Assembly: GCA_002269645.1 (NCBI GenBank)
Contig: NIVC01001483.1
Location: 124,001-188,000, forward strand
Length of the DNA: 64,000 nucleotides
Source of the DNA: Macrostomum lignano
Taxonomy: Eukaryota
Direction of reading: 5' to 3'
Shown: piece by piece, positions 43,101 to 55,834 of the stretch
How positions within the stretch are numbered: the first letter of the stretch is position 1
How the letters are laid out: every line of letters begins with the position of its first letter
Translations under genes and position numbers: made by a program
Notes under the pieces: generated by a model
The model's input: only the letters and a program-made list of their open reading frames with translations
What the model was told of the DNA's origin: nothing
The model's database searches: none

Positions 43101-46100
43101 GCCCAGCAACTGAGGATCTGGGAAGCTGGCCCAGCAACTGAGGATCTGGAGGCTGGTGGCCCAGCAACTGAGAATCTGGGAGGCTGGTGGCCCAGCAACT
43201 GACCATTTGGGAGGCCCGCCCAGCAACTTGGTAAGCAAACAGCCAACAATAATTACCCCATCGAGCTGCTCAGTCTCATCCAGCTTCTCTAATTCAGTCT
43301 GCACCCCGACAGAGGCGGTGGCCACAGCGGGCCCCTGCCCAGACCGGAAGCGGCTCTGCCGCAGCCGAAGCTGCAGTCGAGTTGAGGCTTCCTGCGACGA
43401 TTCCGGAGGCGGCAGAGGCTCCAGCGAGGCCGAGATGACGGGGAAGCCCTTGCGACGAATCCAGTCGTGCATCACCTGCTGCACCTGCGAGTGGACATCA
43501 TAGACCGGCTAGAAACTTCGGTATGCACTCAATATTGACTACCTGACCCACCTGACCCAGGACAGATCTCAATACCTGACCCACCTGACCCAAATAAATC
43601 AATCTTCATCCCTGACCCACCTGACCCAGGTCAATCTCCATACCTAACCCACCTGACTCAGATCAATCTCCATACCTGACCCACCTGACTCAGATCAATC
43701 TCCATACCTAACCCACCTGACTCAGATCAATCTCCATACCTAACCCACCTGACTCAGATCAATCTCCATACCTGACCCACTGACCCAAATCAATCAATCT
43801 CCATACCTGACCCACCTGACCCAAATCAATCTCCATACCTGACCCACCTGGCCCAAATCAATCAATCTCCATACCTGACCCACCTGACTCAAATCAATCA
43901 ATCTCCATACCTGACCCACCTGACCCAAATCAATCAATCTCTATACCTGACCCACCTGACCCAAATCAATCAATCTCCATACCTGACCCACCTGACCCAA
44001 ATCAATCAATCTCCATACCTGACCCACCTAATCCACATCAATCTCCATCCCTGACCCACCTGACCCAGATTCAAAATCCCAGCATCTCAGCAACCAACCG
44101 AACTCCCTCACCGGCTGGCCAGAGGCCTCGGATAGAGCCAGCCACAGGTCGGCAGTGCTGGCATTGCCGTAGCTGTGCCTCCTCAAATACTGCTGCAGTC
44201 CTCGACGAAAGGCGGGTTCACCGAGCCAGGCGTGCAACATTCGAATCACCGCTGCGCCCTTCGAATAGCTGATGGCGTCAAACATCTCGTCGATTTCGTC
44301 CGGATGACCAACGTCGATCTGGAGAGACAGTTAAAAGAAAAATCCCAGATAATGATTCGGGAATCCCATTATTAGTGAATTCGGGGATAGAAATCCCAGA
44401 TAATGATTCGGGAATCCCATTATTAGTGAATTCGGGGATAGAAATCCCAGATAATGATTCGGGAATCCCATTATTAGTGAATTCGGGGATAGAAATCCCA
44501 GATAATGATTCGGGAATCCCATTATTATTGAATTGGGGATAAAAATCCCAGAAAACGATTCGGGAATCCCATTATTATTGAATTGGGGATAAAAATCCCA
44601 GATAATAATTTGGGAATCCCATTACTATTGAATTGGGGATAAAAATCCCAGATAATGATTAGGAATCCCATTGTTATTAAATTGGGGATAAAAATCCCAA
44701 ATAGCCGGTTAGGGATTATATGAGCCTACCTCAATCGGGTGACTGTTGTCAAGACAGTCTAATTCCAGCGCTTTAGAGAAATCGTTTCTGATAAACCGAG
44801 TCCAGACATCGAACTCCGGGTAGCAGTGGTCGATGCACAGATACTCTACCCAGGACGCGAAGCCTTCGTTAAGCCACAGCTGGGTCCACCACTGCATAGT
44901 GACCAGATTTCCGAACCACTGATGAGCCACCTCGTGGCCAACAACCAATGCAACAGTTTCCATGCTGAACTTGCTGGAATTCTCGTCAACCAGCAGCATG
45001 GCCTCCCGGTAGGTGATGAGGCCCCAGTTCTCCATGGCGCCCACGGCCAGCTCCGGCACAGCAACCAGGTCCAGCTTTGGCAGGGGGTAGGGGATGCCAA
45101 ACAGTTCGGAGTAGAACTGCAGACTTCTCCGAGCCACTTCCAGAGCGAATCTGCCGTCTGACTGTCTGAATATTGGGAGAGCGACAACTTGAGATGGTTC
45201 TCGTAGGTGATTCTCATGGGTGAGTCTCATGGGCGATTCTCATGGGCGATTCTCATAGGTGAGTCTGATGGGTGCTTCTCATAAGTCTCATGAGTGATTC
45301 TCATTGGTGATTCTCATGAGTGATTTTCATGGGCGATTCTCATGGGGTGATTCTCGTAGGTGATTCTCATGGATGATTCTCACGGGTGATTCTCATGGTC
45401 GATTCTCGTAGGTGATTCTCATGGGTGATTCTCGTAGGTGATTCTCATTGGCGACTCTCATGGGCGATTCTCATGGGCGATTCTCATAGGTGAGTCTCAT
45501 GGGTGATTTTTGAGAGTGATTTTCATTTGTGATTCTCATGGGCGATTCTTATGGGTGATTTTTGAGAGTGAATTTCATTTGTGATTCTCATGGGCGATTC
45601 TCATGGGTGATTTTTGAGAGTGATTTTTATTTGTGATTCTCATGGGTGATTTTTGAGAGTGATTTTCATTTGTGATTCTCATGGGTGATTTTTGAGAGTG
45701 ATTTTCATTTGTGATTCTCATGGGTGATTTTTGAGAGTGATTTTCATTTGTGATTCTCATGGGTGATTTTTGAGAGTGATTTTCATTTGTGATTCTTATG
45801 GGCGATTCTTATGGGTGATTTTTGAGAGTGAATTTCATTTGTGATTCTCATGGGCGATTCTCATGGGTGATTTTTGAGAGTGATTTTTATTTGTGATTCT
45901 CATGGGTGATTTTTGAGAGTGATTTTCATTTGTGATTCTCATGGGTGATTTTTGAGAGTGATTTTCATTTGTGATTCTCATGGGTGATTTTTGAGAGTGA
46001 TTTTCATTTGTGATTCTCATGGGTGATTTTTGAGAGTGATTTTCATTTGTGATTCTTATGGGCGATTCTTATGGGTGATTTTTGAGAGTGAATTTCATTT

Positions 46101-47722
46101 GTGATTCTCATGGGCGATTCTCATGGGTGATTTTTGAGAGTGATTTTTATTTGTGATTCTCATGGGTGATTTTTGAGAGTGATTTTCATTTGTGATTCTC
46201 ATGGGTGATTTTTGAGAGTGATTTTCATTTGTGATTCTCATGGGTGATTTTTGAGAGTGATTTTCATTTGTGATTCTCATGGGCGATTCTTATGGGTGAT
46301 TTTTGAGAGTGAATTTCATTTGTGATTCTCATGGGCGATTCTCATGGGTGATTTTTGAGAGTGATTTTCATTTGTGATTCTCATGGGTGATTTTTGAGAG
46401 TGATTTTCATTTGTGATTCTCATGGGTGATTTTTGAGAGTGATTTTCATTTGTGATTCTCATGGGTGATTTTTGAGAGTGATTTTCATTTGTGATTCTCA
46501 TGGGCGACTCTCAGAATCCCTCAGATAGGAAACAATAAAAGAATCACTACAAGACAGTTATCCAACAAAGAACTGGTCTTCAATTTTTCACTCAATAAAA
46601 ATTTTCAATCGATTTTTCACCTGCCAATCTGACTGAACACACGCAGTGCCACCCCATCCTGGCAGACTGTCTCGATGCAGTCAAATCTGCCAATCACAAT
46701 AGCCAGCAGGTAAGTGGACATCTGAGGCGTTTTAGCGAATCGAACCAGTTCTCGAGCTGGCATGGGCTCCGACTGCGAACAGCTCTGGGAAGGCAGGTCC
46801 CGCCTCTCCTCCTCTGGCATGTTGGAGAGGGCCGTGAGCCGGGGGCAGGTGCTGGGGATCTCGACCGCTACCTGTGGGTATGTTTGAGAATGTTAAAAGC
46901 GATTTATTATGGCAATTTTAGGCACTTTGGTGAGGATGGTGGGGATCTGGGAGGCTGGCCCAGCAAGTGGGGATCTGAGAGGCTGGCCCAGCAACTGAGG
47001 ATCTGGGAGGCTGGCCCAGCAACTGGGGATCTGGGAGGCTGGCCCAGCAAGTGGGGATCTGAGAGGCTGGCCCAGCAACTGAGGATCTGGGAGGCTGGCC
47101 CAGAGACTGAAGATCTGGGAGGCTGGCCCAGCAAGTGGGGATCTGAGAGGCTGGCCCAGCAACTGAGGATCTGGGAGGCTGGCCCAGCAACTGAGGATCT
47201 GGGAGGCTGGCCCAGCAACTGAAGATCTGGGAGGCTGGTGGCCCAGCAACTGAGGATCTGGGAGGCTGGCCCAGCAACTGAGGATCTGGGAGGCTGGCCC
47301 AGCAACTGAGGATCTGGGAAGCTGGCCCAGCAAGTGGGGATCTGAGAGGCTGGCCCAGCAACTGAGGATCTGGGAGGCTGGTGGTGGCCCAGTCCAAGTG
47401 GAGGATTGAGTGACTCACACAGAACGCACCTGAAAAGTAGCCTTGAGCTGCGGCTCATCCCAGCAGGGCAGCAGCCTCCTGGCCTCAGTGGGGCACAGCA
47501 TGGTGAGAGCGCAGGGTGTCTCAGAGGTTGCAGCGCCCCTGCATCTCTGCACAGATCTGTAGAATCCTCTCAACCTGTCGCTCAATTGGCCTCTGTAGTT
47601 CAAGCAGAGACAGCCAGTTCCCTTCTGACTCAAACTTGTGCAGGTCCCCATGAGTTTGCATGGAAATTTGAGTCGAACAGTTTGCTCTGATTTGTTTCCA
47701 TAGGTGATGCTCTGAGTAGGAA
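40199..47722 (-). CDS. NPEPPS: M1-family zinc aminopeptidase, puromycin-sensitive aminopeptidase type (5' exon(s) not located)
   Basis: Exons 47722-47430, 46871-46621, 45165-44730, 44318-44112, 43484-43257, 42449-42066, 41570-41070, 40627-40199 join in frame at GT/AG sites. Motifs GFYRS, PCWDEP, MSTYL, GAMENWGLITYRE, HEVAHQWFGNLVT...WLNEGFA, FDAISYSKG, and an ERAP1-like C-terminal domain. Confidence 0.9.
45200..46510. repeat. 39-bp minisatellite with higher-order blocks
   Basis: Unit CATGGGTGATTTTTGAGAGTGATTTTCATTTGTGATTCT; variant landmarks recur at 260-bp spacing. Confidence 0.93.
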
Positions 47723-50700
47723 CTGTGTGAGGGCGGTTAGTTAGGTTTTATTTAAATTTGAAATGACAGTAAAATGTTGTATGGCAATGAGTAATGTACA
47801 CTGAGAGACAGTGGTTGATAATGGTAATAGTGTAAATAAAGACAAATAAAAATGCTCACAAGAGAAAATGACAATTAGAGCAATATTTTGGAAACTTACT
47901 ATTGTTAAAACTTGCAGATAAGACATCAAGGTCTACTGAGTTAAGCACTAGCTCATCAGTGTCTTCATTTATCTAAAAAGTATTTTATAAGGAAAGAGCA
48001 ACAAGTTTCAATATTTGATAAAAACAATTACAAATAGTTTCATTCATTGACTAACCTCAATACTAATTTGGACACAACCAGAATAAGTGAATTCAATAAA
48101 ATCCAAACAAAGATGCAAGTCATAATGAACTGGACATGTATGACTAGGTAGATGTTTAAAATCTTTTGGCATTGTTGAATCATGCAATATAAGCAGACAG
48201 ACATAGCTTTTATAAGTATAGGTATAAATTAAAAAACTGGTATAATGATTATATTCAAAAATTATTTCTAAATTTATTTAGACCACCTTAAAGCAGAGTC
48301 AAATAAAATGGCATTCTTTTCAAATCATTTGTTAAACCATTTTTTCTATTTTTTTTACATCTCCTCCACTTGAGAAGCTGATTTTAGCATGTTTGGACAC
48401 CTCCAAGCTATTAAAACAATAAAATTAACAACTTTGTTTTTAAAGTACTTTTTCTGTCTTTAGCAATTAATTCCTAATGATTTGAGGGCTGCCTCTTGAA
48501 TTGGTATTGAAAGACCTAATGGTTGGCTAATGGTCTTAGCAATGACTAATTAGCAGCACACCACCCATAATCTTGTAAGTTGTAGATGTCCATTTTTGGC
48601 AAAAATTCCCACGCAAATAGCCCTATGAATATATGAGCCGCGCACATGGAACCATTTTCACTGACATGTAGCCAGGCACTTAGTGCACATAGCAAATTGC
48701 ATGTTGTTGTGCAACATTAGTATGCGGCGTATAGCGTGCAGTGCTGCTTATAAATCATAAATCAAAACCAAATATAAAATCAAATAAACAGAATTAATGC
48801 TATTGTTAATATAGGTATATTGTTTGTTTTGTAATAAAAGAAGTATTTTTCTGTATGTTTAAATAAAAATTGTTTTATTAATATTTGAGACATAGTAGAT
48901 AAAATATTCTTTGTTTTGTTTAACTGTTTACTTAAGTTTATAGTTAAGTGTATAAGTATTACTTATAACTGTTTAATATAATAATTAAAGTCCCCATGAT
49001 GGAATTCCGTAAATGCAAGGCAAAAAGTTAGATCTCAGAACTGGTTTTTTGTGCATGCACTAATGACATTGATAGTGCTGGAAAGTTTACTTGTTGTTTT
49101 AGAATATTAGTCTTGCAGAACAATATGATGGATGCATTGTTGTATTTTAGCACGCAACTTCCATTTTAGCTGAAAAATGTTCCCACATGGCCAGAGTATC
49201 TATAAGACTATGGGAGTCTATGGCACACTACCAACCTTTGATCAGTGTTCAAAGTGGTAAAACTTTATTTTATACATTTAGCAAAAAATTATGACTGCTG
49301 CAAGCTGTCTGAGTGCCCAGACTTCCCTTGCCTCTAACAAACTCATCCCTTTGGGCTATAGACACTCCCAATAAGCATCAGTGCCATGTCAAACAATGTG
49401 TTAGATTTTTATCTTTCAAAAATTTGTATTTTCTGTTTTGCAATTTAGCCTTGTACTTTTTAGTTAGCTGACTCTGTTTGTCTACCATTCTCTTTCCCAT
49501 GGACAATCCAAGCCATTAATTTACCACAGATATTTCAACTAACCAATTTGCTATGCTTGTATAAATACAAGTTAACTTGTGGCCTAGGCCCTTCACTTCT
49601 TTTTTGCCCCACTCTTGAGATAGAAAAAGTGCTTAAAAAACAAAGTTATTAATTTTACTATTTTAATAGCTTGGGGATGTTTAAATATCCTAAACCTAAA
49701 TCAGCTTCTTAAGTAGAGAAAATGCAAAAAATGTTAAATAGTTTACCAAACAATTCGAGAAGAATGCCAATAAAATTGATGCCCCAAATCATATATATCT
49801 TTTGCATGCTTTTATATTTTCTTTTCTTGTCAGATTTCCAAATTGGAACCATATATTTTGAGTCTCTAAAGTCCATATACTAAAATTGGTCTTCTATGGC
49901 TAAAATTATACTTTAAATAAAGAATCATGGGAAATTTTGCAGTAGATATATTATATAAAAGTAAAGTTGACTTATCTGAATTCTTTAAAAATATGAATAT
50001 AAAATTTGAATGAAAATAACAACTGCAATAGTACTATAATAACATTTATATCATATATATAAAAATATATAAGCAGTTTGTAGCTACTAATTTATATAGA
50101 AGCTATATTTTTTTTGTTTTATTTATATTTTATATTTTGTAATTTATATTTTATATATATTATATATTTTGCATATATAAATTATATAGAGCTACATTAA
50201 TACAAAAAATATAAATTATGCATTACAAAAACAAATGTAGACTCTTCATTTAATTTTAAAACACATTGTAAAAGATAGATGAGATATGCTTTAAAATTGT
50301 AAAAATAGAATAAGTAAGGAAAAATAAAATTCAAACTTTTAATTTTGTTTATTATACAATAACTATTACGAATGATTGGACTGAATTACATTTTAGCAAG
50401 TCAGATTTCCAATTTTAGTAAAACCGTGTTCGATTTCTTGGAAAGTGATCCATTTTAAAGTCAATCTAAAAATACGCTCTGTTAAACAAATATTTGTTTT
50501 TATTTTGTACACATAGCGGTATTTTTTTGTAAATATTTTGCTAAAACTAACAGGTTACTTTGAAGTGGTTTGAATTAAATGAAAAAAGCACGTATTGTTG
50601 GCACAGTTTAAATATATTTACGTAAAAGAGTGAATGTTGCTTGAAAATATGAACCATAAGAAGCGTCAGTTTAATCAGGGTTATTTTGAATTAAAAATTA

Positions 50701-50760
50701 ATAAACTAAATTTGCTTCTTCGTCCTTCAGATCAGCGGTAAAAATAACGGACGGAAAACT

Positions 50761-53700
50761 ATGAACTTTCATATCTTCCACGTGAAATCCAAGATCTTTA
50801 AGAAGCCACCAAAGAATGTAAGCCTTTTATTTGCCAAATCTGTAAAATTATTAGTACTGATATTTTGCATCATGAAATCCCTTAAATTGTTAACTCCGTA
50901 GGATTGGTTCGAGGTTAGAGTCGAAGTAGACTCAGTCAACAAGAAGCTGCTATTTACGGTTCCTCGAGAGTCCAACGAACTTTACGAAGAATACTACGAG
51001 ACTGGCGAGCCGAGCAAAGAGGCCGAAGCAGTCCAGCAGCCCGTCATTGAGCCGCAGTCCATCGACCTGTCTGAGTTCCGTCCACCAAAAATTAAAGGAG
51101 ACGGTAAAGAGACTACAAAGAAAGGCGAGGCATTCTACCGATTGGAGTTGCCCGGCAGGAGTCGCCTCAGCGGCAAGTCGTTGAAGATGTCCTGCCAGGA
51201 TCGGAGCATGTTTCAGGAATTCTGCCGTCAACTCAAGCCGCACTTTAACCTCGGACCCGACAGCGCTCACAACTCCAGCGTGCTCAGCCTCGCCCAACTC
51301 GGCCGGCACCACTCCAGCGACTCGAGTCGGCAGCAGAAGCCGCTACAGCCGCAGTCGGAGGTGCTGGAACTTGACGGCGGTGGCGAGTACGCCACGGTGA
51401 TGGGCGACGGTAACAGTGCGGCTGCTGAGCGACAGATGGAGATGATTGTCGTCACCTCATCTATTTATGAGGCTTTTGAGCTAGGCGAGTGGAAACTGCA
51501 AGGAGCATGCAGCATCTTGCATCCTTTTAAAGAGGCTTAACTGCCTTTTTAAAAACTCTGACATCTTTCTCACTATTATTTGATACCCTCCAGCAGAAGT
51601 TCCTGACAAACTCTTCAGGGAAATTATGGCACCCCTCAAGCGATCCTGACACCCATCAGGAGGTTCTGACTTCCGTTAAGCGATCCTGACACCCATCAGG
51701 AGGTTCTGACGCCTGTCGAAAGATTCTGACACCTCTCGGAAGATTCTGACACCTCTCGGAAGATTCTGACCCCTCTCGGAAGATTCTGACTCCTCTCGGA
51801 AGATTCTGACACCTCTCGGAAGATTCTGACACCTCTCGGAAGATTCTGACACCTCTCGGAAGATTCTGACACCTCTCGGAAGATTCTGACACCTCTCGGA
51901 AGATTCTCACCCCTCTCGGAAAATTCTGACACCTCTCGGAAGATTCTGACACCTCTCGGAAGATTCTGACACCTCTCGGAAGATTCTGACACCTCTCGGA
52001 AGATTCTGATACACATCAGGAGATTCTGACACCCATCATGAGATTCTGACACCTCTCAATATGAATTTCTTATAAATACCTGATACTCTTCTACCGGACA
52101 CTGATACTCTTCTACCGGACACTGATACTCTTCTACCGGACACTGATACTCTTCTACCGGACACTGATACTCTTCTACCGGACACTGATACTCTTCTACC
52201 GGACACTGATACTCTTCTACCGGACACTGACACTTCTAAACGCTCTAAACTCTCAGTTATAACTCCGATAACCCTCTAATGCAAAACCCAATCGCCTCAA
52301 TTTAAAAATATACACAGAACGCTGCTTCCAAGTGACCTTCGATAGCATTCGCTCGGACTCCGATCTGCCGCAGTCACTCCGTCAGCTGCGCAGTGGTGAT
52401 CCGCTGCATCTGTACGTCGGTGTCAGCAAGCTGGAGTTGTTAAACAGGGAGAAATGCCCTCTATGCGACTGGCCATTGACACAGATTCGTAGGTGAGCCT
52501 GCTATGCTATTGCTTCATTGAGGCAGTTGCTGCTAGTTAAATACTCGTAATATTGCAATACTCGTATTTTGCTTTGTGCTTTTTGGAAAGCATCCTGAAA
52601 CTGACCACTAGGACTCAAAGAGACACTAAGACACTGATGCAGTGGGGGAGCTGGGAGGGAGAGATGGGAGGGTGAGATGAGAGGGGGAGATGGGAGGGAG
52701 AGATGGGAGGGTGAGATGAGAGGTAGAGATGGGAGGGAGAGATAGGAGGGGGAGATGGGAGGTAGAGATGGGAGGGAGAGATGAGAGGGTGAGATGAGAG
52801 GGGAGATGGAAGGGGGCCAGAGCAGCTCAGCCGTACCGATCTGGCTCTGCTACCCGAGTCCCGCGGTTCGATTCTGTCCGCGGCCAGCGGTCGCAATAAA
52901 TTGGTGCAGGCTCGATGGAATGAGAACATGAGAACAGCCGCCCCCTCCCTCCTTAGGCACAGACGGTTCACTAGCTAAACGGCTGTTAACTCGGCTGTTA
53001 ACTAGCTAAAGATGCATTATTTTTATGCCGACGTCAAATCTTGGGTGTAGCCTAGAACTGAATTTAGCGATTTTAACTCAACAACAGAGTCATTATAATT
53101 ACTTCTGGTCATCCATTATTAGAACTGAACTTAAAATAGCTCACTCAGAACCGTGGGACAGGTTTGCTTGGGTCTGATTCACTTGCAGATGAGATTTATT
53201 CACTGCACAGCACAGGGCTGCAGTGTGTGTGTATCAAATCTATACTAATCTCAAGCATAGCGTTTATCTACTTGTGGCGGTCTTCTAAGTCAAGTTGTGC
53301 TAACCAGCTGTTGGAATTATTCTAATATAAACTTCCTTTAACTCCGCTAATGCGGTGCACACACACACACACACACTGCAGTTATGCTTGCAGCTCACGA
53401 ATAGCTTCATGGATATTTCTGAAGCGATGTTGCAGGCTGCCAGAGTGTGCACAGAGCCCCCTGTTTATAAATGTATGTTCGAGCCTGGGTGGCGCAATCT
53501 GTGCAGCACATTCCTACCTTGCTGTTGGGGTTGTACCAGTACCGAATAATACATACCGGTATTCGTACTTGAACTCGCTTTCATTCAGAAACTATTTCAT
53601 ATGCATTTTTTCGACGAGTTATTTCAATTTTAAGAGAGAAGGAGGCAGTAGACAGTGAGAAGGAGGCAGTAGACAGTGAGAAGGAGACGGTAGACAGTGA

Positions 53701-55737
53701 GAAGAAGGAGAGAGTAGGCAGTGAGAAGGAGACAGTAGGCAGTGAGAAGAAGGAGACGGTAGGCAGTGAGAAGGAGACAGTAGACAGTGAGAAGGAGACA
53801 GTAGACAGTGAGAAGAAGGAGACAGTAGGCAGTGAGAAGGAGACAGTAGGCAGTGAGAAGAAGGAGACGGTAGGCAGTGAGAAGGAGACAGTAGGCAGTG
53901 AGAAGGAGGCAGTAGACAGTGAGAAGGAGACGGTAGACAGTGAGAAGAAGGAGACAGTAGGCAGTGAGAAGGAGACAGTAGGCAGTGAGAAGAAGGAGAC
54001 AGTAGGCAGTGAGAAGGAGACAGTAGGCAGTGAGAAGGAGACAGTAGGCAGTGAGAAGGAGACAGTAGGCAGTGAGAAGGAGACAGTAGACAGTGAGAAG
54101 AAGGAGACAGTAGACAGTGAGAAGAAGGAGACAGTAGGCAGTGAGAAGAAGGAGACAGTAGGCAGTGAGAAGGAGACAGTAGGCAGTGAGAAGGAGACAG
54201 TAGGCAGTGAGAAGGAGACAGTAGACAGTGAGAAGGAGACAGTAGACAGTGAAAAGGAGACAGTAGACAGTGAGAAGGAGACGGTAGACAGTGAGAAGGA
54301 GACAGTAGACAGTGAGAAGAGGGAGACAGTAGGCAGTGAGAAGGAGACAGTAGACAGTGAGAATGAGATGGTGACAGTGAGTCACTCCCCATCTCCCTCC
54401 CTCATCCCCCAGCTTCAAGCACAACGACCAGCAGGTGCAGTTGGACGTCGGCACCCGCACAATCACCGGCCGGTCCCTGCTGTCCTTCAAGTTCGACTCG
54501 CTGGGCCCGTCAGCTGCTGCCAGATTCGCTCAGGTGCTGGCTAATCACCTGGCCTTGCCGCCGGAGTGCCTCTGTTGCCATGGTAGCGAGGGCAGAGGCA
54601 GGCGCGGCCTGTCCGGGCACCAACTCGGCCGGGATCAATTAGCGGAATCGGATGACGACAAAGACAGCTCCGAGGTGACAGACAAGGATGAGCAAGAGGA
54701 CAATGACGCGGCCTCCTCTGACGGCCTCCGCTCGAACCCCTGCTACCACGAGGAGGAGGTGGAAAGTTTGAATAGCAAACCGGCGAAAACTAAGGATAAG
54801 GTTGGTGGGCTTGGCTTGGCGCCAATTAAGACACAATATTTAGTGCCAATTAAGACACAAGATTTAGTGCCAATTAAGACACCAGATTTGGCGCCAATCA
54901 AGACACAAGATTTGGCGCCAATAAGGACACAAGATTTGGCGCCAATTAAGACACAAGATTTGGCGCCAATTAAGACACAAGATTTGGCGCCAATTAAGAC
55001 ACAAGATTTGGCGCCAATTAAGACACAAGATATGGCGCCAATTAAGACACAAGATTTGGTGCCAATTAAGACACAAAATTCGGCGCCAATTAAAGCACAA
55101 AATTTGGCGCCATCTCAATAAAAATCGAATATTAATGCCATTGATTTATACCACACAGAATTTTAAAATTGTTTCTACAAATCTAAAAATACTGTAATAG
55201 CCAAACTGCACTACTCGCCAATGCGATCAGTAGTCTAATGCGATTTCCTATCATATTTTCAAGGTTAGTAAAGTGAAGACATCGAGAGAGCAGCGGCAGC
55301 AGAGGAAGCGGATGCTGCGGCAGACCAGGATGAAATCGGCAGAGCCCGACTACTACAGTTCGGTTGTGCGCAAACCGCAGTCAGCTTCCGTAAAGCTGTC
55401 GCAGGTCAGTCCGCCGCCGCCGCCCGCCGCTCTAGCCGCGGCCGCTTCCTTCGCGGAGTCCAATTCGCCGTCTGTGGAGCAGCAGCAGCAGCCGCGGCCG
55501 AACTCGCTGGTGCCACCAAACCGGCAGACGTCGGTGGAGACCATCAGCGTCACCCCGCCAGCGCCGCCGCCGCCGCCACGGACAATGGACGATGCCTATG
55601 AATCGGTTGTGGCGATTCCGCCAGCCGAATTCGCTGACGATGTCAAAATGGCGATGCAGTTTTCGGATGCCTACGTGCAGGAGCAGCAGAAGAGGGTGAT
55701 GGCGCAGAAGACGCAGAAGAAGAAGGCCAAGAAGTAG
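50761..55737 (+). CDS. Dok/FRS-like adaptor: N-terminal PH-like domain, IRS-type PTB domain, Tyr/Pro-rich tail
   Basis: Exons 50761-50817, 50902-51484 (donor uncertain), 52318-52492, 54413-54800, 55264-55737 join in frame. PTB-like CFQVTF...LHLYVGVSKLELL...DWPLTQIRSFKHNDQQVQLDVGTRTITG...FKF. Tail contains YYSSV, YESV and polyproline runs. Confidence 0.75.
51650..52235. repeat. Adjacent 20-bp (ATTCTGACACCTCTCGGAAG) and 21-bp (ACTGATACTCTTCTACCGGAC) arrays
   Basis: Intron 2 of the Dok-like gene. Confidence 0.93.
53640..54365. repeat. 21/24-bp minisatellite (GACAGTAGRCAGTGAGAAGGA)
   Basis: Ends about 50 bp before the acceptor at 54412. Confidence 0.93.
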
Positions 55738-55834
55738 AGAACTGGCGCTGCGGCGGCTGAATGGACAGCGGAGTTGAGTGACAGGTAGGCTTTAGGTGGC
55801 TGACTGCTCGAATAGCATGCTATAGACTATAGAG

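Noticed and set aside
49020-49260. Degenerate first exon of the aminopeptidase (HRLP... on the minus strand)
   Set aside because: Needs several stops and frame changes and the similarity is too weak to support.
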